64,000 bases of DNA from Alphaproteobacteria bacterium (lineage in GTDB: Bacteria > Pseudomonadota > Alphaproteobacteria > SMXQ01): assembly GCA_004356985.1 (NCBI GenBank), contig SMXQ01000148.1, forward strand, positions 5,973 through 69,972. Direction: 5' to 3'. The position numbers were made by a program, and so were the translations under genes. Shown here piece by piece: positions 19,302 through 27,772 of this stretch (positions are counted from its first letter, which is position 1; each line of letters starts with the position of its first letter). Under the pieces are notes generated by a model, which worked only from the letters and a program-made list of their open reading frames with translations, ran no database searches and was not told the DNA's origin.

Positions 19302-19757
19302 ATGGCACCGCAAACCAATACGAAGACGGACGGAAAGACCAAAAAACCCGATAGCACAACTTCGAAGCCGGAAGCGGCGAAAGTCGAATCCTCAGCATCG
19401 ACGAGTGAAGCAGACGGAGCGAGCGGTTCCGGCGGCAAGAAATCTTCCGCCCCTGGTCGCCCGCCCAGCTTTTTCTCCTGCGTTTCCAACGACGATTATC
19501 GCGCGGGATGGGATAAAATTTTCAGTTCCGGCGGGAAGAATTTGAAGCGCAAGCCGGTGCAACCGGCGGCGGTGAAACGCACTAAAATGCTGCCGGCGCG
19601 CATCACCCTGGACGCCGATGATCTCGATCCCGCAACCCGCGAACAACTGGAAGCCGTGTTTCGCCGGCACGCCAAGAAAAAACGCCTGAACTACGACAAG
19701 CTGTCGGTCAACGGACAAGTCAGCTGGAGATTATCCTGCCATATTTCCAGCAGTTGA
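19302..19757 (+). CDS. hypothetical Lys/Ser-rich protein with conserved-looking C-terminal region
   Basis: 151 aa; N-terminal disordered K/T/S-rich; preceded by ~220 bp of ~38% GC DNA. Confidence 0.4.
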   Translation: MAPQTNTKTDGKTKKPDSTTSKPEAAKVESSASTSEADGASGSGGKKSSAPGRPPSFFSCVSNDDYRAGWDKIFSSGGKNLKRKPVQPAAVKRTKMLPARITLDADDLDPATREQLEAVFRRHAKKKRLNYDKLSVNGQVSWRLSCHISSS

Positions 19758-20086
19758 GTGCTGGATCCAAGGCTGAATTGGGTGGCCTGCGCCCATCCAT
19801 TGGCCCAGTTTCTCGGTAAGTCCAAAAAAGTTTTGGGGATAAGCCTGATCCGGGCGGAGCCCTCCCATAGCGAAGGCCCCGTGTGCCTTCCCCGGCGCGG
19901 CGCCGGGGCCCATGGCACCATTGCGTCCCAAGGGGGCTGCCTTAGGGGGTTGCGCCGGTGGTGGCCAAGTTCTATCACGACGCCATCATCCAGGGCTTCA
20001 TTTTGCCCCGGCCCGGCGCCGGGGTTGCGGCAAGGAACATGACGCCGCGGGAATCTCGGGAAGCGGGCTCAGGGGGCGCGACGTAA

Positions 20087-20514
20087 TGGAGAATTTCACG
20101 CCGTTGTCGGCGCTTGCGGGCGGCGCGCTCATGGGTCTCGGCGCGGTGGTTTTGCTGTGGCTCACCGGCCGCATCGCCGGGGTCAGCGGGATCATCGCCG
20201 GATTGTTGCCGCCGGGCCGGGGCGATGCTCTCTGGCGCTTGGCGTTTCTGGTGGGCCTGGTGGGCGGCGCGGCGATCTATCGCACCCTTGGCGGCCCCCT
20301 GCAGGTCCTGCAGTTCACCATGTCCACCTTCATGATAGTCATCGGCGGGCTGTTGGTGGGCCTCGGCGCGGGCCTGGCCGGCGGCTGCACCTCCGGCCAC
20401 GGGATATGCGGCGTGGCCCGCGCCTCCAAGCGGTCGCTCTTAGCGCTCTCCGTCTTCATCCTCGCCGCCGGGCTCACCATCTACCTGATCCGCCACGTCC
20501 TGAGGGGCGGATGA
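20087..20514 (+). CDS. YeeE/YedE-family (sulphur-compound transporter-like) membrane protein, half-size form 1
   Basis: 142 aa, 4 TM, Gly-rich helices and GGCTSGHGICG motif typical of YeeE/YedE. Confidence 0.65.
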
Positions 20515-20921
20515 TGGCCCGCGCCGCCGCGGCCCTCGTCTCGGGCCTCCTGTTCGGCCTTGGTTTGGCGGTCTCGCAAATGGCGAACCCGGCCAAGGTG
20601 CTGGGCTTCCTGGACATCGCCGGGCGCTGGGACCCGAGCCTGGCGTTGGTGCTGGCCGCCGCCGCCGGGGTCGCCACCATCGGCTATCGAAGGGTGCTTT
20701 CCCGGCCCAAACCGGCCCTCGCCCCGGCCTTCAACCTGCCCCGGAAGACCGGGATCGACGCCAAGGCGGTGATCGGCGCCGCCCTGTTCGGCATGGGCTG
20801 GGGGCTCGCCGGCCTGTGCCCGGGCCCGGCCTTCGCCGCCCTGGCCTTCGGCCAGCTGGAAATCCTGTTCTTCATCGGCACCATGGGCCTCGGCCTCCAC
20901 CTGGCCCGCCAGATGAACTGA
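20511..20921 (+). CDS. YeeE/YedE-family membrane protein, half-size form 2
   Basis: 136 aa; ATGATG overlaps stop of previous; MGWGLAGLCPGP motif. Confidence 0.65.
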   Translation: MMARAAAALVSGLLFGLGLAVSQMANPAKVLGFLDIAGRWDPSLALVLAAAAGVATIGYRRVLSRPKPALAPAFNLPRKTGIDAKAVIGAALFGMGWGLAGLCPGPAFAALAFGQLEILFFIGTMGLGLHLARQMN

Positions 20922-20925
20922 CCCC

Positions 20926-23022
20926 ATGGCCCGCACGGAACCCCGCTACCGGCTTGGGGTCGATGTCGGCGGCACCCACACCGATCTGGTCCTGTTGGAC
21001 ACCGAGACCGGCACCATCGCCGTCGAAAAAATCGCCTCGACTCCGGCCAACCCGGCCGATGGCGTGCTCTGCGGCATCCGGCGGTTCCTGGATGGCGGCG
21101 TCGATCCCGCCGCCATTGGCTTTTTCGCTCACGGCACCACCATCACCACCAATGCGCTGTTGGAAATGCGCGGGGCCAAGGTCGGGCTGATGATCTCGGC
21201 CGGCTACAACGCCATCCAGGAAACCCAGACCCAGGCGCGCGACGGCAATCCCTTCGATTATTTCTACGACAAGCCTGCCCCCATCGCGCCCCAAAGCCGC
21301 ACCGTCGAGATCCCCGAGCGCGTCAGCTACACCGGCGCCGTCCTGACCGCCCTCGACGAGGACGCCGTCGCCGCCGGAGCCAAGATGCTGGACGCCGCCG
21401 GGGTCGACGCCATCGCCGTCAATTACCTGTTTTCCTACATGTACCCGGCCCATGAGGGACGCACGGCCGAGATCATCGGCGACGTCGCGCCACGGGTCCA
21501 TGTCTCGCTGTCGTCCGACGTCCTGCCCCGCATCCGCGAATGGCCCAGGCTGTCGACGACCCTGGTGAACGCCTATCTGGCGCCGGTGCTGACCCGCTAC
21601 ATCGCCGACCTCGCCCGGGGACTGGACTCCCTCGGCATCACCACGCCCCAGCGCTTCTTGATGCAGTCCAACGGCGGCGTCATGCCCTTCGCCGCGGCCA
21701 TGGATGGGAAGAATACCGTCCATACCCTGCTCTCGGGCCCGGCCGCCGGGGCCCGGGCGGCGGCCTGGGTGGCGTCCGACGGCGGCGCGCGCGATTTGGT
21801 GACCCTCGACATGGGCGGCACCAGCGCCGACATCGCCTTCATCCAAGGCGGCGTGCCGCTGGAAGTCACCGAGGGCACCGTGGCGCGCCGCCAGGTGGAT
21901 GTGCCGGCGCTCGACATGACCACCATCTCGGCCGGCGGCGGTTCCATGGCCAAGGTCGAGGCCGGCGGTTTCCTCACGGTCGGGCCAGAGAGCGCCGGCG
22001 CCGACCCGGGGCCGGCCTGTTACGGCCAGGGCGGCACCGCCCCCACCATCACCGACGCCGATCTCGCCTGCGGCCTGCTCAACCCCGATTATTTCCTGGG
22101 CGGCAGCCAGCGCCTCGAGCCCGGCGCCGCCGAACGGGCGCTGGAGACCGCCATCGCCCAGCCGCTGAACCTCTCGGTCCGCGAGGCCGCCGCCGGAATA
22201 CGGCGCATCGTCGACGAGCGCATGGCCGACGAGGTGCGCGTTTTCGCCGCCAAGCGCGGGCTGGAGCCGCGCGATTTCACGCTGCTGCCGTTCGGCGGCG
22301 CCGGCGCGGTCCATGCCGCGGCGGTGGCGGGTGAGCTGGGCATCACCCGCATCCTGGTGCCGCCCCGGCCGGGCGCCTTTTCGGCGCTGGGCCTGCTGTG
22401 CGCCGACGTGGTCCATGATTTCATCCGCTCGGAACTGAAGCCCATGGCGACCCTCGACCCGGCCCATGGCGAGGCGCTGTTCGCCGAGCTGGAAGACCAC
22501 GCCCGGGCCGAGCTCGCGGCCGAGGGCCTGGGCCAGGCCATTGCCACCATCACCCGGGAGCTCGACATGCGCTACGCCGGCCAGGGCTACGAGCTCCGGG
22601 TGTCCCTCCAAGGGCTGGGGGCGCTGGACCCGGCGGTGCTGGGCGAAGCGCGGACGCGTTTCCATGCCCGCCACCTTGAGATCCACGGCCACGCGGCACC
22701 GGAAAAAGAGGTGGAGGTGGTGAGCTACCGCGTCCGCGCCCATGTCTCGGTACCCAAGTTCGAGCCCCGCCAACGCGCCCGGCCGACCGGTCCCACCGAC
22801 GCCAAGGCGGCGCTCAAGGGCCGGCGCATGGTCTGGTTCGACGGCTTGACCGGGGTGGAAGTGCCGATCTACGAGCGCGACCTTCTCGAGGTCGGCGCCA
22901 CCTTGGCCGGCCCCGCCATCGTCGAACAGATGGACGCCACCACGGTGATCCCAAAGGGCTGGGGCGCCGTGGTCGACACTTACGGCAACCTGATCCTCGA
23001 AGCCGAGGGGGCGGCGCCATGA
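20926..23022 (+). CDS. hyuA: hydantoinase/oxoprolinase family A subunit (HyuA-like)
   Basis: 698 aa; N-terminal LGVDVGGTHTDLVL…, hydantoinase_A domain throughout. Confidence 0.85.
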   Translation: MARTEPRYRLGVDVGGTHTDLVLLDTETGTIAVEKIASTPANPADGVLCGIRRFLDGGVDPAAIGFFAHGTTITTNALLEMRGAKVGLMISAGYNAIQETQTQARDGNPFDYFYDKPAPIAPQSRTVEIPERVSYTGAVLTALDEDAVAAGAKMLDAAGVDAIAVNYLFSYMYPAHEGRTAEIIGDVAPRVHVSLSSDVLPRIREWPRLSTTLVNAYLAPVLTRYIADLARGLDSLGITTPQRFLMQSNGGVMPFAAAMDGKNTVHTLLSGPAAGARAAAWVASDGGARDLVTLDMGGTSADIAFIQGGVPLEVTEGTVARRQVDVPALDMTTISAGGGSMAKVEAGGFLTVGPESAGADPGPACYGQGGTAPTITDADLACGLLNPDYFLGGSQRLEPGAAERALETAIAQPLNLSVREAAAGIRRIVDERMADEVRVFAAKRGLEPRDFTLLPFGGAGAVHAAAVAGELGITRILVPPRPGAFSALGLLCADVVHDFIRSELKPMATLDPAHGEALFAELEDHARAELAAEGLGQAIATITRELDMRYAGQGYELRVSLQGLGALDPAVLGEARTRFHARHLEIHGHAAPEKEVEVVSYRVRAHVSVPKFEPRQRARPTGPTDAKAALKGRRMVWFDGLTGVEVPIYERDLLEVGATLAGPAIVEQMDATTVIPKGWGAVVDTYGNLILEAEGAAP

Positions 23023-24680
23023 TCGATCCCGTCACCGTCGAGATCATCCGCAACAAGATCGCCGGGCTGGTCGATGAAATGCATTATCATTTCTACCGCT
23101 CGGGCTATTCCACCATCATCAGGGAAACCCGGGACTTTTCCTGCGTCATCCTGGATGCCAGCGGCCGCCTCATCACGGCGCCGCCGATGTTCTTTCACGG
23201 CACCGTCTACCGCCATTTCTGCGGCCGCGTGCTGGAGATATACGGCGCCGAGCACATGGCGCCGGGCGACGTTTTCGTTTCCAACCACCCCTACGAGGCG
23301 GGCCTGCCCCACGTGTCGGACATGGGCTTCGTCGCCCCCATCTTCGCCGCCGGGCGGCTGATCGGCTTTTCCGGGTCGATCGCCCACAAGGCCGACGTGG
23401 GCGGCGCGCAGCCCGGCTCGACCTCGGCCACGGCGACGGAGATTTTCCAGGAAGGGCTTTTGCTGCCGCCGGTCAGAATCGAGGCCGCGGGCATTGCCAA
23501 CGCCGACCTCCACCGCCTGATCGCCGCTAATTCGCGCCAGCCCGACCTGGTGGCGGGCGACATCGCGGCGCAGATCGCCGCCACCCGCCTAGGCGTTTCG
23601 CGCACCCAGGCGCTGGCCGACCGCTTCGGCGCCGATCGGATCAGCGGCGCCTTCGCCGCCATCCTGGACGGCGCCGCCCGCGACCTCGGGGCCGCCATCG
23701 GCGCCCTGCCCGACGGCGCGCATAGTGCCCGGGGGTTCATGGATTCCGACGGCGTCGAGCGCGACCGGCCGATCCTCATGGCGGTGACAGTGACGGTGGC
23801 GGGCGACCGCGTGGCGTTCGATTTCACCCAATCGGGCGCCCAGGCCAAGGGCCCCATCAACCTGCGCCCCTCCATGGTCGAGGCGTGTTGCTTCTATTCC
23901 CTGATCGGCTGCCTGGGGCCGGACTTGCATTTCAACGACGGCTGCCGCGACCAGGTGGATTTCATTTACGCGCCCGACACCATCACCAACGCGCGCCCTC
24001 CGGCGCCGGTCTCAAGCTACCAGATGGCCAACCTGAAACTGGTGGACGTGATCCTCGACGCCCTGGCCCGCTTCCGGCCTGGGCGCGCCATCGCCAACAG
24101 CGGCTCGTCGGGGGCGCTGGGCATCAATTGGGGGGCCGGCGCGCGGCCAGGCCAGGCCAGCCTGCAATACGAAATCCTCGGCTCGGCCTACGGCGCCGGG
24201 GCCGGCCACGACGGCGCCAGCTGCACCGCGACGCACTTATCCAACCTCCACGTCACGCCCATCGAGATCCTGGAATCCGAATTCCCCTGCCGGGTGACCA
24301 AATTTTCCCTGATCCCCGATTCCGGCGGCGCCGGCACATCGCGCGGCGGGCTTGCCTTCCGGCGCGGCTATGAATTGCTCGCCGACGGCACCGTCATGCG
24401 GCGCTACGACCGGGCCATTTTCCCGCCCGACGGGATTAACGGCGGGGCGCCCGGACGGGCCAGCCGCTTCGTCATCCGCGCCGGCACCGCGGCCGAAGAG
24501 GAAACCCCCGCCTCGGGCCGGTTCGAATTGAAGGCGGGGGAGCGATTCTATTTGGAATCCGCGGGCGGCGGCGGCTGCGGCGATCCCAAGTTGCGCCCGC
24601 CCGAGCTGATCGCCCGCGACATCGCCGAGGGCTACGTGACGCTGGAGGCCGCCAAGCGGGACTACGGGTACGAGGGCTGA
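23019..24680 (+). CDS. hyuB: hydantoinase B/oxoprolinase family subunit (HyuB-like)
   Basis: 553 aa; MIDPVTVEIIRNKIAGLVDEM…; ATGA overlap with hyuA. Confidence 0.85.
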   Translation: MIDPVTVEIIRNKIAGLVDEMHYHFYRSGYSTIIRETRDFSCVILDASGRLITAPPMFFHGTVYRHFCGRVLEIYGAEHMAPGDVFVSNHPYEAGLPHVSDMGFVAPIFAAGRLIGFSGSIAHKADVGGAQPGSTSATATEIFQEGLLLPPVRIEAAGIANADLHRLIAANSRQPDLVAGDIAAQIAATRLGVSRTQALADRFGADRISGAFAAILDGAARDLGAAIGALPDGAHSARGFMDSDGVERDRPILMAVTVTVAGDRVAFDFTQSGAQAKGPINLRPSMVEACCFYSLIGCLGPDLHFNDGCRDQVDFIYAPDTITNARPPAPVSSYQMANLKLVDVILDALARFRPGRAIANSGSSGALGINWGAGARPGQASLQYEILGSAYGAGAGHDGASCTATHLSNLHVTPIEILESEFPCRVTKFSLIPDSGGAGTSRGGLAFRRGYELLADGTVMRRYDRAIFPPDGINGGAPGRASRFVIRAGTAAEEETPASGRFELKAGERFYLESAGGGGCGDPKLRPPELIARDIAEGYVTLEAAKRDYGYEG

Positions 24681-24693
24681 ACCGCCCTCCCCC

Positions 24694-25389
24694 TCACTCG
24701 GCGGCGGTGTTCCTGCGCATGGCGTTGAGGTGTTCGACCACCTCTTCCACGTGCATCACGTCGGCGTATTTGTGGTGCAGGTCGAACAGGTTGACCTTGT
24801 GGGATAGGTCCGAGCGGTCGAAGGTGCATTCCTCGACGATGGTGGTGTGAAAGCCGTTGGAATAGCCGTCCACCACCGAGGCGCGCACGCAGCCCGAGGT
24901 CGATTCGCCCAGCGCGATCAGCGAGCGGATGCCGAGCTTGGTGAGATGGGCGATCAAGGGCGTGCCGAAGAAGGCCGAGGCGCGTTCCTTGTAGATCACC
25001 AACTCGCCTTCGGCGGGCGCCAGTTCGTCGATGATGTCGTAGGAGTCCTCAGCGGCGGGGTTGGCGTTGCGGTGGGTGGAGCGCACGGGCCCGGTATTGA
25101 CCCGCCTGGTGGTGTAGATCACCGGCACGCCGGCGGCGCGGGCGGCGGCCAGCACGCGCTGGGTCGGTTCCACCGCGGCCCAGGCTTTCTCGCCGCACGA
25201 GCCGGGGTGTTCGCGGTTGGCCTCGAGGACCGGCTTGGCGCCGCCGCGATAGGCGCTCTTGTAAAGGTCGATGGCGAGCACCGCGGGCTTTTCGCCGACG
25301 AAGGTCTCGCGCTCGTAGGACTTGTAAATTTCGCGAAGGTCGTCGTCGATGACGTCCCGCCAACAATGGTCTTCGAAGCCGCCGCTCAT
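24694..25389 (-). CDS. isochorismatase-family cysteine hydrolase (N-carbamoylsarcosine amidase-like)
   Basis: ~231 aa from MSGGFEDHCW; catalytic Cys in GESTSGCVRASVVDG, Lys and Asp positions typical of CSHase/isochorismatase fold. Confidence 0.7.
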   Translation of the reverse strand: MSGGFEDHCWRDVIDDDLREIYKSYERETFVGEKPAVLAIDLYKSAYRGGAKPVLEANREHPGSCGEKAWAAVEPTQRVLAAARAAGVPVIYTTRRVNTGPVRSTHRNANPAAEDSYDIIDELAPAEGELVIYKERASAFFGTPLIAHLTKLGIRSLIALGESTSGCVRASVVDGYSNGFHTTIVEECTFDRSDLSHKVNLFDLHHKYADVMHVEEVVEHLNAMRRNTAAE

Positions 25390-25579
25390 GGAATCCTCCC
25401 GTGTGCCGTAATCGCCTCCGATTAGACCCGAAGGCACGCAGCCAAGTCAACGCACGCCGGGAATTCCCCTAGCCGCCTCGGCCAAGCTCGTGTAGGTATT
25501 CGCCATCGGGAATTTCAAGGCCCGGGCCCAATACGCGCGGCGTCTCGGGGGCGCCGCCAACCACCCAGGGAGAGAACTC

Positions 25580-26461
25580 ATGGCAAAAAAGGCGGCATTG
25601 AACGTAGGATTCGTCGGCCTCGGCGAGATGGGCGGCCAGATGGCCCGCAACGTGGTCGAAAAAAGCGACGGGCGGTTCGAAGTGTTCGGCTTCGACCTCA
25701 TGAAGAAGGCCATGAACGCGGCCAAAAAAGACGGCATCCGCCCCACCCGCAGCCTCAATGAGCTGGCCAAGAAATGCGACGTCATCATCGTCATGGTCGG
25801 CTTCGACCACCAGGTCCGCCAGGTGGTCACCGACGTCTCCAAGGTGGGCAAGAAGGGCGCCGTCATCGTCATCACCGCCACCTCCCACCCCGACATGGTG
25901 CGCGAATGCGCGACCATCGCCAAGGTGCGCGGCATGGGCGTCATCGACGCGCCGGTCTGTTACGGGCTCGACGGGGCGCGCAACGGCACCCTGGTCTCCA
26001 CCGTCGGCGGCGCCAAGCGGGACTACAACTTGGCGCGCCCGGTGCTGGAATGCTATTCCCGCGCCGCCCCCCATCTCGGCGAATTGGGCGCCGGCGAGAT
26101 CGGCAAGACCTGCAACAACATGCTGCACTGGGCGGCCTGTGTCGCCAATTACGAGGTGATCCTGCTGGCCAAGGCCTACGGCATCGACGGCCAGGCCATG
26201 CGCGAGACCCTGATCAACTGCCCGGGCAACAACGGCACCCTGGAACGCTGGGACGGCACCCGGTTCACCTGGCAGGAGAAAGACCTGGACATTGCCCTCG
26301 ACCTCGCCCAGAAGCGCAAGGTGCTGCTGCCCCTGTTCGGCCAGATCGACCAGTTGATCAAGTTGTTCCATGCCGATGACGTGGCCGAGCTTCTCTACAA
26401 GAAGAAGTCCCATTACCTGGGCAGGGAATACGTCGGCAGGCCGATCTCGGCCAAGGATTAG
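25580..26461 (+). CDS. NAD(P)-dependent beta-hydroxyacid dehydrogenase (3-hydroxyisobutyrate dehydrogenase family)
   Basis: GFVGLGEMGGQMARN Rossmann motif; 6PGD-like NAD-binding and C-terminal helical domain. Confidence 0.75.
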   Translation: MAKKAALNVGFVGLGEMGGQMARNVVEKSDGRFEVFGFDLMKKAMNAAKKDGIRPTRSLNELAKKCDVIIVMVGFDHQVRQVVTDVSKVGKKGAVIVITATSHPDMVRECATIAKVRGMGVIDAPVCYGLDGARNGTLVSTVGGAKRDYNLARPVLECYSRAAPHLGELGAGEIGKTCNNMLHWAACVANYEVILLAKAYGIDGQAMRETLINCPGNNGTLERWDGTRFTWQEKDLDIALDLAQKRKVLLPLFGQIDQLIKLFHADDVAELLYKKKSHYLGREYVGRPISAKD

Positions 26462-26501
26462 GCCGCGCCGCGCCGGGTGGCGCCCGGTCGCCTGGGTGTC
26501 G

Positions 26502-26831
26502 TTATAATCGCTGCCGGCGCAGAATTTTCAGGGGGACCCGGCCGCACCGGCCGGTCTCCCTGAATTCACGGGCTTTTTTGAGGGCGATGCGTTCAAGGGT
26601 GGTGAACCAGACGATCTTGTATTTGTCGCGTTGGGCGGGCCGTTCGCCGACCACCGTGCACATTCCCGTCGCCTTCCATTTGATGATGTAATGGGTGGGT
26701 GCGTAAGCCTCCGGCGTCGCGGCACCCCAGAGGACGCCGCCGACCACCACGGTGCCCAGTGCCGCCAGTACCGCCAACCGATGCCGGGACCACCGGTAGG
26801 CGATGATAGACTTGATTGCCCGCCAATCCAT
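26502..26831 (-). CDS. hypothetical small membrane-anchored protein
   Basis: 109 aa from MDWRAIKS; single N-terminal TM (LAVLAALGTVVVGGVLWGAA). Confidence 0.3.
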   Translation of the reverse strand: MDWRAIKSIIAYRWSRHRLAVLAALGTVVVGGVLWGAATPEAYAPTHYIIKWKATGMCTVVGERPAQRDKYKIVWFTTLERIALKKAREFRETGRCGRVPLKILRRQRL

Positions 26832-26937
26832 TGTCACTCCCTTTGCGCGCAATATAGGGCCTTGGCCCGGCATGGCACCCCAAATCGATTCGCATTTGCG
26901 GCAAAACGCGAAGGTCGCGGACGGGGCCCCGCCCCTG

Positions 26938-27000
26938 GGCCAGTCAAACGGCCGGCCAGACGGGCAGCCAACCGGCCAGTCAAACGGCCAGTCAAACGGA
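26938..27000. repeat. degenerate tandem array of 13-nt unit GGCCAGTCAAACG (4 copies, outer ones exact) ending 38 nt upstream of pyrE ATG
   Basis: Direct reading of sequence. Confidence 0.7.
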
Positions 27001-27037
27001 TTGTGTCGCCGGCAAGAACGCTTTAAAAAATCAAGCC

Positions 27038-27733
27038 ATGACCATGACCCTGACCGGCCGCACCGCGGAACAAGAGGCCGCCGCCAAAGACACCGCCAAG
27101 ATTTTGGTCGATATCGGCGCCGTGAATTTCCGGCCCGAGGATCCCTATATCCTCACCTCGGGCCGGGCCAGCCCGGTCTATATCGATTGCCGCAAGCTGA
27201 TTTCCTTCCCCGAGCAACGCGCCCGGGTGATCGGCCATGCCGCCCGGGCCATTGCCGGCGCGGCGTCCGACAAGCCGGTCGAGGCCGTGGCCGGGGGCGA
27301 AACCGCGGGCATTCCCTATGCCGCTTGGATTTCCGACAAGATGGGCCTGCCCATGCTCTACGTGCGCAAGCAACCCAAGGGCTTCGCCCGCATGGGCCAG
27401 ATCGAGGGCGAGATGGCGGCAGGCTGCCATGTCCTGTTGGTGGAGGACATGGCCACCGACGGGGGCTCCAAGGTCAACTTCATCAACGCCATCCGCAAGG
27501 CCGGCGGCAGCATCGACCGGGTGTTCGTGGTGTTCTATTACGGCATCTTTCCCGAGGCCCTGACGACCATGGACGACCTCGGGGTGAAGCTGGTCTGGCT
27601 GGCCGTCTGGTCGGACATCATCGACCTCGCCGAGGAACGCCAAACCTACCCGCCCGAGCTGATCGCCGAAGTGCGGGCCTATCTCGACGATCCCCATGGC
27701 TGGTCCGCGGTCCACGGCGGCAAGGGTGCCTGA
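27038..27733 (+). CDS. pyrE: orotate phosphoribosyltransferase (long alphaproteobacterial form)
   Basis: 231 aa; PRPP-binding HVLLVEDMATDGGS motif. Confidence 0.85.
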   Translation: MTMTLTGRTAEQEAAAKDTAKILVDIGAVNFRPEDPYILTSGRASPVYIDCRKLISFPEQRARVIGHAARAIAGAASDKPVEAVAGGETAGIPYAAWISDKMGLPMLYVRKQPKGFARMGQIEGEMAAGCHVLLVEDMATDGGSKVNFINAIRKAGGSIDRVFVVFYYGIFPEALTTMDDLGVKLVWLAVWSDIIDLAEERQTYPPELIAEVRAYLDDPHGWSAVHGGKGA

Positions 27734-27772
27734 GTCCCGGGCGCGCCCGGAGCAGGGCGGCGGGAGGCAACG

